From: an uncultured Actinomycetes bacterium
GTDB lineage: Bacteria; Actinomycetota; Acidimicrobiia; Acidimicrobiales; JACCXE01
Assembly: GCA_963722185.1 (NCBI GenBank)
Contig: CAVRKD010000010.1
Span: 175,122-239,121 of the forward strand
Reading direction: 5' to 3'
DNA: 64,000 nt
The notes below the pieces were generated by a model. It was not told the origin of the DNA and searched no databases. It was given only the letters and a program-made list of their open reading frames with translations. Shown in pieces: positions 37,779-47,003 of the stretch (position 1 is its first letter; every line of letters starts with the position of its first letter). A program made the position numbers and the translations under genes.

Positions 37779-38657
37779 TTAGCCGATGCGGTGCCGTTCG
37801 AGCCGTAGTCCGGGGGAGCGGTTCGTCCGGATGACCTCGTCCACCGGCACGACGACGCGCGGCGTCCACCACGCGCCCGACGGCTTCTGGAACGCCCATC
37901 CGTCACCGATGGTCACCGCCGCGTGGAACGGCAGGCCGCTGGTGTCGCGCCACATGAGCACCGTGCCCGGGTCCTGGTCGCGGCCGCCCGGCCGGCACGC
38001 CGATGACAGCCACGCGAGAAAGGGCTCGCGCAGCATCCACTCGTCGGTCGCCGACGCGATCCCCGATGCCGCCATCACCGTGCCGAAGCAGTTGGCGCCC
38101 GCCGGGAACGGAAACGTGCCGGCCAGCGCGCGGGCGCCGGGCACGACGGCCTCGCAGGCGCGCCACGTCCGCTCCGGCACCTCCTGGTGACGGCTGGCGG
38201 CGGCGTCGCGGCGGTCGGGTGGCAGACCGTCGCTCTCGACGAACCGCGTCACCACGGCTGGGTAGGTGTCGGCGATCATCGACGGCCACCACACGAAGCG
38301 GTGCCCGTCGGCCTGGGACCGCAGCTCCGTCTCGTCGAACAGATCGGCCCAGCGACGGATGGTGGGGACGGCGCCGCGCCCGTAGCCGACCTGGTCGCGC
38401 ACGAGCCGCGCGCGGGTGGCGCGCGCCAATTCGAAAAACGTTTCCTCGTCGAGCCACAAGGTCTTCAGCCGCCGCGGAACATTCCAGAGGGTGTACGTGT
38501 AGTGCAGCTCCGGCATGAGCTCGTGGCCTTCGTGCACCTTCGGCCACCGGCGCAGTGAGTCAACGAAAAACGGCTGCACCGGTGGCGCCAGCCAATCCCT
38601 CCACGCCGCGAGCAACGCCGCGTCGACGTCGATTTCCAGCACCCGCGCCCGCATCAC
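37779..38657 (-). CDS. Hypothetical protein; C-terminal half has a Cys/His pattern reminiscent of NlpC/P60-CHAP-type hydrolases
   Basis: 292 aa with protein-like composition and no family I recognise. GANCFGTVMAASG ... LPFHAAVTIGDGW gives a Cys...His arrangement. It ends 10 nt upstream of the nitroreductase gene. Confidence 0.55.
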   Translation of the reverse strand: MMRARVLEIDVDAALLAAWRDWLAPPVQPFFVDSLRRWPKVHEGHELMPELHYTYTLWNVPRRLKTLWLDEETFFELARATRARLVRDQVGYGRGAVPTIRRWADLFDETELRSQADGHRFVWWPSMIADTYPAVVTRFVESDGLPPDRRDAAASRHQEVPERTWRACEAVVPGARALAGTFPFPAGANCFGTVMAASGIASATDEWMLREPFLAWLSSACRPGGRDQDPGTVLMWRDTSGLPFHAAVTIGDGWAFQKPSGAWWTPRVVVPVDEVIRTNRSPGLRLERHRIG

Positions 38658-38671
38658 GAAATGATTACCGG

Positions 38672-39214
38672 GTGCAAGTGGGAATTGCCGACCATTTCGG
38701 GTGGGCTGTGGCCGTCACCGTGAACGAGGATCACGAGGTTGTGGACCGCCGCCGCATCGAGCTCGTGGAGCCCGACGTCTGTGCTGCCCCGATTCACTAC
38801 GAAGGCAAGCGACTCGGTGGCGACGGCACGGCGGCGCTGGTCGTGGAAGTGCGAGCGTCGGCGGTGCGGGCGACGGCAGCCGCGCTCGACCAGCTCGCTA
38901 GCGCGTTGACGAAACCGGTGCGGTCGATTTCGTTGCGAACTTGGCCGCCGGATTTTCCCTCTGATATCTCCGTGCAACTGCGCACGCCTTACGAAGCGCG
39001 GGCCGACGCCGTCATGTATCGCCAGGTGCTGTCCGAGGCAGCGCACGCCCGCGGCTGGAACGTCCACCTCTACGAGGCTAAGCACGTCGAGGGGCAAGCG
39101 GCGGCGGTGCTCGGCGAGAGTTCCGCGGCGTTCCTCCAGCGCCCGCGCGAAACGCTGGGACCGCCGTGGACGAAAGACCATCGGGTCGCGCTGGCATCGG
39201 CAATCGTGGCCTGA
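38672..39214 (+). CDS. Hypothetical protein
   Basis: About 180 aa from GTG 38672 (or 38678), beginning VQVGIADHFGWAVAVTVNED. Third-position GC is visibly lower than in neighbouring genes. The stop overlaps the next start (TGATG). Confidence 0.5.
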   Translation: MQVGIADHFGWAVAVTVNEDHEVVDRRRIELVEPDVCAAPIHYEGKRLGGDGTAALVVEVRASAVRATAAALDQLASALTKPVRSISLRTWPPDFPSDISVQLRTPYEARADAVMYRQVLSEAAHARGWNVHLYEAKHVEGQAAAVLGESSAAFLQRPRETLGPPWTKDHRVALASAIVA

Positions 39215-39783
39215 TGCGCATCGGTGCCATCTCCGACATCCACTCCAACGCGGCGGCGCTCGACGCTGCCCTGTCTGTGCTCGAAGCTGAGGTCGACCAG
39301 ATCTGGTGCGCCGGAGACATCGTCGTGCAGTACCGATTCTCGAACGAGGCGGTGGCGCGGTTGCGCGGCAGCGGCGCGATAGCGGTGCAGGGCAATCACG
39401 ACATGGTGCTGGTCAGCGCGGCCGGCGTCGACGCCCGCCAGCGTCCGGGTGTCGACGACCACGAGGTGCGCTGGCTGGCCGCGCTCCCGCTGCGACACGA
39501 AGCGGACATCGATGGTTGCCGCGTGATGATGACGCACGGCAGTCCGTGGCCGCCGCACGGCGACTACCTGCGCGCCGGCAACGCGGCGTGGCAGCGCGCC
39601 GACGAACTGGGCGTCGACATTCTCATCACCGGTCACACGCACGAACCGATGGTGGCGACCTACGGCACGACGCTGGTCGTGAACCCGGGCTCGGTCGGCG
39701 AGCCGCGCCAGCGCGACGCGCCCGGCGCGACCTACGCCATCATCGACACGGTGACACGAGAAGCGCGGATCGCGTGGCTGTAG
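39214..39783 (+). CDS. Metallophosphoesterase (YfcE/MJ0936-like) family protein
   Basis: MRIGAISDIHSN, AGDIV, QGNHD, MTHGSP and GHTHEP give the complete calcineurin-like motif set. Confidence 0.85.
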   Translation: MRIGAISDIHSNAAALDAALSVLEAEVDQIWCAGDIVVQYRFSNEAVARLRGSGAIAVQGNHDMVLVSAAGVDARQRPGVDDHEVRWLAALPLRHEADIDGCRVMMTHGSPWPPHGDYLRAGNAAWQRADELGVDILITGHTHEPMVATYGTTLVVNPGSVGEPRQRDAPGATYAIIDTVTREARIAWL

Positions 39784-40862
39784 CGGCGAGCGGAGTGCCG
39801 CTCGATGGTGTGCGCGTGCTCGAGCTTCCCGGCGGCATCGCATCAGGATTCGCCACCAAACAGCTGGCGGGTTTCGGCGCCGAGGTGGTGTGCGTCGAAG
39901 GACTCAGCGACCTCCCGCCACTTATGGACGACGAAACCTTGTACCTCACGGCGGGCAAGCGGCGCGTCGACGCGGCCGCCGTCGACGTGGCAGCGCTGGC
40001 GTTGGCGGCCGACATCGTCGTGGAGGAGGGAACGCCGGGCCGCCTTGCCGCGAATGGCGTCGATTTTGAAGCGCTGCGGCGAGACAAGCCGTCGTTGGTG
40101 GTGACGTCGATCTCGCCGTTCGGCCAGAGCGGCCCGTACGCGCACTACCAGTCGACCAACGCCGTGAGCTTCGCCATGGGCGGGATCATGTCGCTCACCG
40201 GCGACTACTTCCGCGAGCCGTTGGTGTCGGGCGGCAGCCAGGCGCAGTACTTCGGCGGGCTGCACGCGTACGCCGCGACAGCCACGGCGTATCTCGGCGC
40301 CGCGCTGCAAGGCGAGGGTGACTGGCTCGACATCTCGTTACAAGAGTGCGCGGCGGGCACACTCGAGTTGTACGGGCCGATGACGGCGTACCTCGGTGGC
40401 GACGGCCTGCCCCGCATGGGCAACCAGACCCGCGCCGAGTGGGGCATCTACCCGTGCGCCGACGGCTACGCCGGCCTGTTCGCACTCCAGCGTCAGATTC
40501 CGGGACTCTTCGCGGCCATGGACGATCCGAGCCTGCTCGAAGACGGGTTCCTCGATCCGGTCTTTCGCGCCGAGCACGCCGAGGAGCTCGTGGCCAAGAT
40601 GTTCGTCTTCACCACCGGTCGCACCAAGGCCGAGCTGCTCGCCATCGGGCGCGACCAGCGCGTCCCGATCGGCGTGGCCCTGACACCCGCAGACTTACTG
40701 GCGACGCCGAGCCTTGAAGAACGCGGGTTCTGGGACGAGGTCGACGGCGTGCGCGTGCCCGGTCGCGCGCTTGACGGGTTGGTGTGGCAAGCGCCGGACC
40801 GGCAGCACGATCCCGGCGAGGACACGGCGTCGGTCGTCGCCGAGTGGTTAGGCGCGTCGTGA
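39774..40862 (+). CDS. CaiB/BaiF family (class III) CoA-transferase
   Basis: The GTG at 39774 overlaps the upstream gene by 10 nt. It reads LDGVRVLELPGGIASGFATKQLAGFGAEVVCVE. Confidence 0.85.
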   Translation: MAVAASGVPLDGVRVLELPGGIASGFATKQLAGFGAEVVCVEGLSDLPPLMDDETLYLTAGKRRVDAAAVDVAALALAADIVVEEGTPGRLAANGVDFEALRRDKPSLVVTSISPFGQSGPYAHYQSTNAVSFAMGGIMSLTGDYFREPLVSGGSQAQYFGGLHAYAATATAYLGAALQGEGDWLDISLQECAAGTLELYGPMTAYLGGDGLPRMGNQTRAEWGIYPCADGYAGLFALQRQIPGLFAAMDDPSLLEDGFLDPVFRAEHAEELVAKMFVFTTGRTKAELLAIGRDQRVPIGVALTPADLLATPSLEERGFWDEVDGVRVPGRALDGLVWQAPDRQHDPGEDTASVVAEWLGAS

Positions 40863-42091
40863 AGACCCGACCGCTCGAAGGTGTGCGCGTCGCCGACCTC
40901 AGCATGATGTGGGCCGGCCCGTACGCCACGAAGCTGCTCGCCGAGATGGGCGCCGAGATCATCAAGATCGAGTCGCCGCGTGCGTGGGACAACATTCGCA
41001 CTCTCATTCCCCAGCCGGGTGCCGAAGATCCGTGGAACAGCGCCTTCTACTTCCAGGAGTACAACCGCGAGAAGAAGTCGGTCGCGCTCGACCTGGCTGA
41101 GGACGCGGGACGCGACGCCTTTCTCCGGCTGGTGGCGCAGTGCGACGTGCTGATCGAGAACTACCGGGCCGACGTGATGGATCACCTCGACCTCGGCTAC
41201 GACGCCGTGCGCGCCGTGCGTCCCGACATCATCTACGTGTCGATGGCGGCTTTCGGCAAGACGGGCAGTGATCGCGACCTCGTCGGCTTCGGCCCCGTCA
41301 TCGAATTGATGAGTTCGTTGGCTTCGCTCACCGGTTACCGGGACGACCCTGAGCCGTTCAAGACGGGGATCTCCTACGGCGACCCCGTCGCCGGCGTGCA
41401 CGCCGCCGGCGCGATCGCGCTGGCGCTGCTGCAGCGCCACCGCCACCGTGAGGGCTGCTACATCGATCTCGCCCAGCGCCAAGGGGCGGCCGCGCTCGCC
41501 GGCGAAGCCTTCGTCGCCGCGCAACGCGCCGACGCGGGGCCCGCCCATCTCGGCGACCGGAGTGCGCGCTGGGCGCCGCAGGGTGCGTACCGCTGTCTCG
41601 GCACCGAGCAATGGCTCGTGGTGTCGGTGGTCTCCGACGCGCACTGGCGCGCCTGCGCGTCCTGCATCGGCTGCGACGACCTGGCGGCGCTCACGCTCGA
41701 CGAGCGACGCGCGCGTCACGATGAACTCGACGCAATCATCGGTGCGTGGACCGCCGAGCGCGAGCCCCAGGAGGCGATGGACGCGCTGCAAGCAGCCGGC
41801 GTGCCCGCCGGCCGCGTGCTCGACACCGCCACGATTCACGACGACCCGCACCTGCACGAGCGCGGCTTCTGGGTCGAGGTGCCGAACCCGAAGATGCACG
41901 CGTTCAAGCAGGCGGGCATCGCGTGGCGGCTGGCGGAGTGCGACACCCAACTCACCCGTCACGCCCCGTTCTTCGGAGAGCACACGCGGGAAGTGCTGAC
42001 CGGCGTCGCCGGCATGACCGAGGCCGAAGTCGACGCCCTTTACGCCGCTGGCGTGACGGCGGACGCGCCCGTGAATCCCGGAGTCGGTTAG
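40859..42091 (+). CDS. CaiB/BaiF family (class III) CoA-transferase
   Basis: It has a GTGA overlap with the upstream gene. It reads LEGVRVADLSMMWAGPYATKLLAEMGAEIIKIESP and contains GDPVAG. Confidence 0.85.
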   Translation: MKTRPLEGVRVADLSMMWAGPYATKLLAEMGAEIIKIESPRAWDNIRTLIPQPGAEDPWNSAFYFQEYNREKKSVALDLAEDAGRDAFLRLVAQCDVLIENYRADVMDHLDLGYDAVRAVRPDIIYVSMAAFGKTGSDRDLVGFGPVIELMSSLASLTGYRDDPEPFKTGISYGDPVAGVHAAGAIALALLQRHRHREGCYIDLAQRQGAAALAGEAFVAAQRADAGPAHLGDRSARWAPQGAYRCLGTEQWLVVSVVSDAHWRACASCIGCDDLAALTLDERRARHDELDAIIGAWTAEREPQEAMDALQAAGVPAGRVLDTATIHDDPHLHERGFWVEVPNPKMHAFKQAGIAWRLAECDTQLTRHAPFFGEHTREVLTGVAGMTEAEVDALYAAGVTADAPVNPGVG

Positions 42092-42729
42092 CGGGAACGC
42101 CAGCCAGGAACGCCGACGAACATGAGGCGCATCTGACGCTCGGTGCGGTCCGTGATCGAGCGTTCTTCGCTGGGGGAGGCGTCGATCAGTTCTGCCGCCA
42201 TCTGCACCATGGTCTCGACGACGAGGCCGGCGAACATGCGGCGGTCTTCGGCCGACCAGGCGTCGACGATCGGGAAGGCGGCCAAGTCGAGGGCGAGTTC
42301 GTCGGCGAAGAGGCCGAGCTCGCGGTGGATGGCGCGGCGCAGCCGCCGTACGCCGCCGTGGCGCTCGCGGGCGATGAACCGCATGTGACCCTCGTTGGTG
42401 CGCACGTGGGCCAGCAGCACCTCGATCGAGGTGCGGATGGCGTCGGTGAACATCGACGGGTCGGAACGGGCGACGCGCATCATCTCGCGCAACGAACTGA
42501 AGGCTTCGTCGACCAGCACCAGCCCGAGCTCTTCCATGTCGTCGAAGTGGCGGTAGAAGGCGGTTGGGGAGATGCCCGCCTCCCGGGTGACCTCGCGGAG
42601 GCTGATGCTGTCGAAGCTGTTCTTGGACAGCAGCTTCAACGCCGCCCGCACCAGCGCCTGGCGGGTGAGCTCTTTGCTTTCACGGCGTGACGACGCGTGA
42701 CGAGTGTCACGTAGGCTCTTAGTTGACAT
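42088..42729 (-). CDS. TetR family transcriptional regulator
   Basis: The start is at MSTKSL, with the HTH FDSISLREVTREAGISPTAFYRHF. It is divergent from the reductase-desaturase pair. Confidence 0.85.
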   Translation of the reverse strand: MSTKSLRDTRHASSRRESKELTRQALVRAALKLLSKNSFDSISLREVTREAGISPTAFYRHFDDMEELGLVLVDEAFSSLREMMRVARSDPSMFTDAIRTSIEVLLAHVRTNEGHMRFIARERHGGVRRLRRAIHRELGLFADELALDLAAFPIVDAWSAEDRRMFAGLVVETMVQMAAELIDASPSEERSITDRTERQMRLMFVGVPGWRSR

Positions 42730-42762
42730 GTGTGCACCCAATTCCGTATGGTGTACACATGT
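42726..42762. promoter_or_regulatory. Candidate TetR operator: 13-bp-arm inverted repeat spanning both divergent start codons
   Basis: ACATGTGTGCACC (42726-42738) and GGTGTACACATGT (42750-42762) are reverse complements with one mismatch, separated by 11 nt. The tract is AT-richer than its surroundings. Confidence 0.5.
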
Positions 42763-43817
42763 TAACTCGAATCTTGGACCGGATCGTGCATCCGAACGGC
42801 GCGGATACCTATATCCAGCTCGTTGCACCCACCTGGGCCTCGACCGACGTGCGGGCGCGGATTACATCCGTTAACCGCAGCACTTCGTCCTCTGTCACCC
42901 TGACCCTGCGGCCCAATGGCAACTGGGCCGGCTTCCGCGCCGGCCAGCACACCCAGCTCACCGTCGAGATCGACGGCGTGCGCCACACCCGCTGCTACTC
43001 GATGGCCAACTCGGCCCACAGCACCGACGGCACCATCGAGTTGACGGTGAAGGCCCATCCGCACGGCGTCGTGAGCAACTTCCTCGTCGACCACGCTGCG
43101 CCCCGCATGGTCGTCGGCCTGAGCCCGGCACAGGGCGATTTCACGCTTCCCGACGAGCGCCCCGAGCGCGTGCTGCTCATCAGCGGCGGCAGTGGCGTCA
43201 CGCCGGTCATGTCGATGCTGCGCACGTTGTGCGACGAGGGCTATGGCGGGCCGATCACGTTCGTGCACTACGCCCTCAAGGCGGCTGACCACGTGTACCG
43301 CGACGAGGTCGCCGAACTCGCCGCTGCCCACGCCAACGTGCGCGTCGTGCGCATCTACACCGACGCTCCCGGAACCGGCGAACTCGACGGCTTCTTCACC
43401 GCCGATCAACTGGCGGCCGCCGAGCCAGAGTGGGCCGACGCCGAAGCGTTCGTCTGCGGTCCCGCTCCGCTCATGAACGCGGTGCGTTCGCATTACGCCG
43501 ACGCCGGTCTCGCGGCCCGTCACCATGACGAGGCGTTCACGCTCGACAATGTCATCGCCGAATCGACCGGCGGCACGATCACGTTCTGCGGGACGGGCGC
43601 CACGACGACCGACGATGGCCGCGTGCTCCTGCAACAAGCGGAGGACGCGGGCCTCCGCCCCGAGGCCGGCTGTCGCATGGGAATCTGCCACACGTGCCCG
43701 CGTCTGCTCCAGCAGGGCACCGTCCGCAATGTCGTGACCGGCGAGCTCACTGACGCCGGCACCCCCGTCCGCATCTGCGTGAGCGCGCCTGTCGGCGACG
43801 TCACCATCGATCTCTAA
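42759..43817 (+). CDS. Ferredoxin reductase (FNR-like FAD/NAD domain plus C-terminal 2Fe-2S ferredoxin)
   Basis: It contains RCYSMAN (RxYS FAD motif), LISGGSGVTPVMSML and CRMGICHTCP...C (plant-type 2Fe-2S). Confidence 0.85.
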   Translation: MLTRILDRIVHPNGADTYIQLVAPTWASTDVRARITSVNRSTSSSVTLTLRPNGNWAGFRAGQHTQLTVEIDGVRHTRCYSMANSAHSTDGTIELTVKAHPHGVVSNFLVDHAAPRMVVGLSPAQGDFTLPDERPERVLLISGGSGVTPVMSMLRTLCDEGYGGPITFVHYALKAADHVYRDEVAELAAAHANVRVVRIYTDAPGTGELDGFFTADQLAAAEPEWADAEAFVCGPAPLMNAVRSHYADAGLAARHHDEAFTLDNVIAESTGGTITFCGTGATTTDDGRVLLQQAEDAGLRPEAGCRMGICHTCPRLLQQGTVRNVVTGELTDAGTPVRICVSAPVGDVTIDL

Positions 43818-43825
43818 GGAAACCA

Positions 43826-44917
43826 ATGACTCTCACCCTGACCCGCCCAACCACCACCAGGGCCACGGCTCAAAAGTACGGCCTCACCGACGAACAGCTC
43901 GACGCCTTCGGCGCCGAGCTCGACGCGATTCGCCAGAGCGTCGTCGACGATCTCGGCCAAGAAGACGTCGACTACATCCGACGGATGATCCGTATCCAGC
44001 GCGGTCTCGAGGTCGCCGGCCGCGGCTTGTTGTTCGGTGGCTTCCTCCCGCCGTTGTGGATCGCGGGCACCGCCGCCCTCGGTGTCTCCAAGATCCTCGA
44101 CAACATGGAGATCGGCCACAACGTGATGCACGGCCAGTACGACTGGACCCGTGACCCCGCGTTGTCGGCCAAGGGTTTCGACTGGGACGCGGCCGCTCCC
44201 GGCGAACAGTGGCGGCACTCGCACAACTATCTGCACCACACGTTCACCAACATCCAGGACAAGGACCGCGACATCGGTTACGGCATCTTGCGCATGAGCG
44301 AGGACCAGCCGTGGCATCCCGTGTACCTGGCGAACCCGGTGCTGGCGACGCTGCTGGCGTTGAACTTCGACCTGGGTGTGATGTTGCACGACGTCGAGTT
44401 CGAGCGCGTGTTGTCCGGTAAGCGCACCCGGCGCGAGGCATGGGCCACGCTGCGCGAGGGACTACGCAAGACCGGCAAGGTGTTCGCCAAGGACTTCATC
44501 CTCTGGCCGTTGCTCACCGGGCCGCTGTTCCTGTCGACGCTCGCCGCCAACGCCGTTGCCAACGTGATGCGCAACGTGTGGGCGTTCACGATCATCTTCT
44601 GCGGGCACTTTCCCGCCGGTACCCACGAGTTCACGATCGCCGAGTGCGAGGGTGAGTCGAAGGGGCACTGGTACTTCCGTCAGATGCTCGGCTCAGCGAA
44701 CATCAACGGCGGCAGCCTTTTCCATGTGATGTCGGGCAATCTCAGCTTCCAGATCGAGCATCACCTGTTTCCCGACCTGCCTGCTCGTCGGTACAAGGAG
44801 ATCGCACCGCAGGTGCGCGAGGTGTGCGAGCGCTACGGCCTGCCGTACAACACCGGTTCGCTGTCGGCGCAGTTCGGTTCGGTCGTCCGCAAGATCGTTC
44901 GCCTCGCCAAGCCCTGA
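43826..44917 (+). CDS. Membrane fatty-acid (acyl-CoA) desaturase
   Basis: 363 aa with three His boxes: HNVMHGQY, HSHNYLHHTF and QIEHHLFP. Confidence 0.9.
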   Translation: MTLTLTRPTTTRATAQKYGLTDEQLDAFGAELDAIRQSVVDDLGQEDVDYIRRMIRIQRGLEVAGRGLLFGGFLPPLWIAGTAALGVSKILDNMEIGHNVMHGQYDWTRDPALSAKGFDWDAAAPGEQWRHSHNYLHHTFTNIQDKDRDIGYGILRMSEDQPWHPVYLANPVLATLLALNFDLGVMLHDVEFERVLSGKRTRREAWATLREGLRKTGKVFAKDFILWPLLTGPLFLSTLAANAVANVMRNVWAFTIIFCGHFPAGTHEFTIAECEGESKGHWYFRQMLGSANINGGSLFHVMSGNLSFQIEHHLFPDLPARRYKEIAPQVREVCERYGLPYNTGSLSAQFGSVVRKIVRLAKP

Positions 44918-44952
44918 CCTCAAGGTTCGGCCGATCTGGTCGAAGATGCACC

Positions 44953-46299
44953 ATGCGCATGGTTCTGCGCGGCCTCGTAGCTGCGCTTCTGGTGGTCGGG
45001 TTGCCCGCCGCCGCCCGCGCCCAAGAGCAATCTCCGCCGCTTGAAGACGTCACCTTGCGCGGACGCGTGTTGCGCGCCGACGGATCACCGGCGGCGAACA
45101 CACCGCTGGTGGTCGACGCCGTCAACGACAGCGGCTTCGCTCTCTTCGGGTTCTTCGCCACCTTCGGCATGAGCGCGCTCTCATGCTTCGCCGGCCCCAA
45201 CGAGCTGTGCCCGCTCCCGAACAGCAAGCGGTACCGCGGGACGACCGACGCCAAGGGTGCCTACAGCTTCACGTTCGAGGACGCGCACTACCGCGGGCAG
45301 CAAACCGACACGGACTACGTGCTGTCGATTGGCGTGCCGTCGCGTCACGACGAGAGCCGCATGGTCGTGGGGTCCTACGAGCTCGAACTGCTCGACGCGG
45401 TGCACAATGCGCCCGATCTACGGTTGTGGGATCCCGACGTCACCGTAAAGCCGCGCGAGCGCGCCTACGAGGTGTCGTACGAGGCGCGCGCGAATTCGCG
45501 CGACGGTATGCAGGTTCTGATCGGTGATCAGCCCGCCGGCGGCGACGTCGCCCAAGAGCGAGCTGTTAACGCCCGGGCGGTCGAAGACTCGACCTTCACC
45601 GTCGCGCCGACCGCCAAGGACGACGTGACTTCCGCCGGCACGATCTACCACCAGCGGTTCAACGCGGTACCCGTCACCCGCAAGGGCAGGCTCGTGCCGT
45701 TGTCGCGGGGCGCGGCCTGCACCGCGACGCGAAAGGACGGCGCGCGAGTCGCGAGTTGTGCCGGGTTTACCGACGGCGAACTCACCACCCCGGCCATCGC
45801 CGACTCGAACCCGTGCCGCTACGGGCCCGACGGCAAGCCGTGGGAAACCGAAGACGCGGCCACCGGGCGCGCGGTGCCGTGTCAGCCGGCGGTCACCGAG
45901 TTGACCATCGACCTCGGCGCGCCCAAGGAAGTTGGCGAGGTGCGGCCGCGTTGCGGCTGCGCGCTTACGGCGTCCAACGACGGTACGGCGTGGCGCACGC
46001 TGCCGGCGAGCGGCGTGCTGGCGCATGGCCAGTCGATGCGCTACGTCCGCGTGACCGGCGCGTCGCTGGCCGAGGTGCGCGAAGTCTCCGTGTGGCCGCC
46101 GTGGTCCGAGGAAGGCATCAGCCTCGTCGATCCGGCGCGGCCGACGGCGGTCGACACCGCACAGGGGCCGGGTCGCAACGACGGGATCGACGGCGGCGAC
46201 CGCCCGTGGCTCGCCGCGGCGATCGCTCTGGTGGCGCTCGTCCTCGTGGCGCAGTCGGTCGGCCGTCGCGTCTTGGCTATGAGCCGGCGCGCAGGCTGA
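44953..46299 (+). CDS. Secreted, C-terminally membrane-anchored protein with carboxypeptidase-regulatory-like and discoidin (F5/8 type C)-like regions
   Basis: The signal peptide is MRMVLRGLVAALLVVGLPAAARA. It has VTLRGRVLRADGSPAANTPLVV, then LTIDLGAPKEVGEVR...SNDGTAWRTL...YVRVTG...VREVSVW, and a C-terminal TM segment (WLAAAIALVALVLVA). Confidence 0.6.
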   Translation: MRMVLRGLVAALLVVGLPAAARAQEQSPPLEDVTLRGRVLRADGSPAANTPLVVDAVNDSGFALFGFFATFGMSALSCFAGPNELCPLPNSKRYRGTTDAKGAYSFTFEDAHYRGQQTDTDYVLSIGVPSRHDESRMVVGSYELELLDAVHNAPDLRLWDPDVTVKPRERAYEVSYEARANSRDGMQVLIGDQPAGGDVAQERAVNARAVEDSTFTVAPTAKDDVTSAGTIYHQRFNAVPVTRKGRLVPLSRGAACTATRKDGARVASCAGFTDGELTTPAIADSNPCRYGPDGKPWETEDAATGRAVPCQPAVTELTIDLGAPKEVGEVRPRCGCALTASNDGTAWRTLPASGVLAHGQSMRYVRVTGASLAEVREVSVWPPWSEEGISLVDPARPTAVDTAQGPGRNDGIDGGDRPWLAAAIALVALVLVAQSVGRRVLAMSRRAG

Positions 46300-46993
46300 A
46301 CCACGTTTGCCGCGACGCCGCCACGACCGTTCCGTCGGTGCGCGCCAGCGCCGAGCCGGCGAACAGCTTCCGGCCGTCGCGTCCGATCTGCCACGCGTAG
46401 ACGACGTGGTCGACGTCCGCCTCTACAGGTGCGAGTAGTTCGACCACCATGCGACCGAGCAGTCCGGCGCTCTGTTGGTAGGCGATGAACGCCATCGCGC
46501 CTGGACAGTCGATCGCCGCGGTGACTATGTGCGGATCGACGAACCCGTCGGCGTCGGCGTACTCGGCGCGCGGGCGCCACACGGCGGCGACCGTGTCGAG
46601 GCCGCCGTGCTGTAGCGGGCCCACACCGATAGCTAATCCAACGTCGTTGTCGCGATAGAGCGCGCACCCGAAGCAGGACGGATGCACGCCGCGGTTGTCC
46701 CACCGCGATGGTGAATCGGCTTCCGCGGCGCGCGCTGCTTCGAGAGTCGGCGGTGGTGGGACCTCGAGGTCGAGGGTCGCGGCGACAGCGTCGGCGATGA
46801 CCTCGTCACCGTGACGCAACTCGCACGCTTCGTCGACCTGAAGCAGTTCGAGTTCGGCGTCGATCGGCGCCGGACGCCGCAGCGTTACTTGGATGGCGCC
46901 GTCGAAGCACCCCGCGAAGAGGCCCACCACATAACCGCCGTGGCCGATGCCGCGCGGCCCCGCGTGCGTCTCCCGAAGAACCGTGGTCACCAT
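46277..46993 (-). CDS. Hotdog-fold (PaaI-like) thioesterase family protein
   Basis: The start is at MVTTVL within ORF 46277..47134. It has GIGHGGYVVGLFAG and SCFGCA...GLAIG motifs. The family assignment is tentative. Confidence 0.5.
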   Translation of the reverse strand: MVTTVLRETHAGPRGIGHGGYVVGLFAGCFDGAIQVTLRRPAPIDAELELLQVDEACELRHGDEVIADAVAATLDLEVPPPPTLEAARAAEADSPSRWDNRGVHPSCFGCALYRDNDVGLAIGVGPLQHGGLDTVAAVWRPRAEYADADGFVDPHIVTAAIDCPGAMAFIAYQQSAGLLGRMVVELLAPVEADVDHVVYAWQIGRDGRKLFAGSALARTDGTVVAASRQTWFSLRAGS

Positions 46994-47003
46994 GGATGCG
47001 CCG

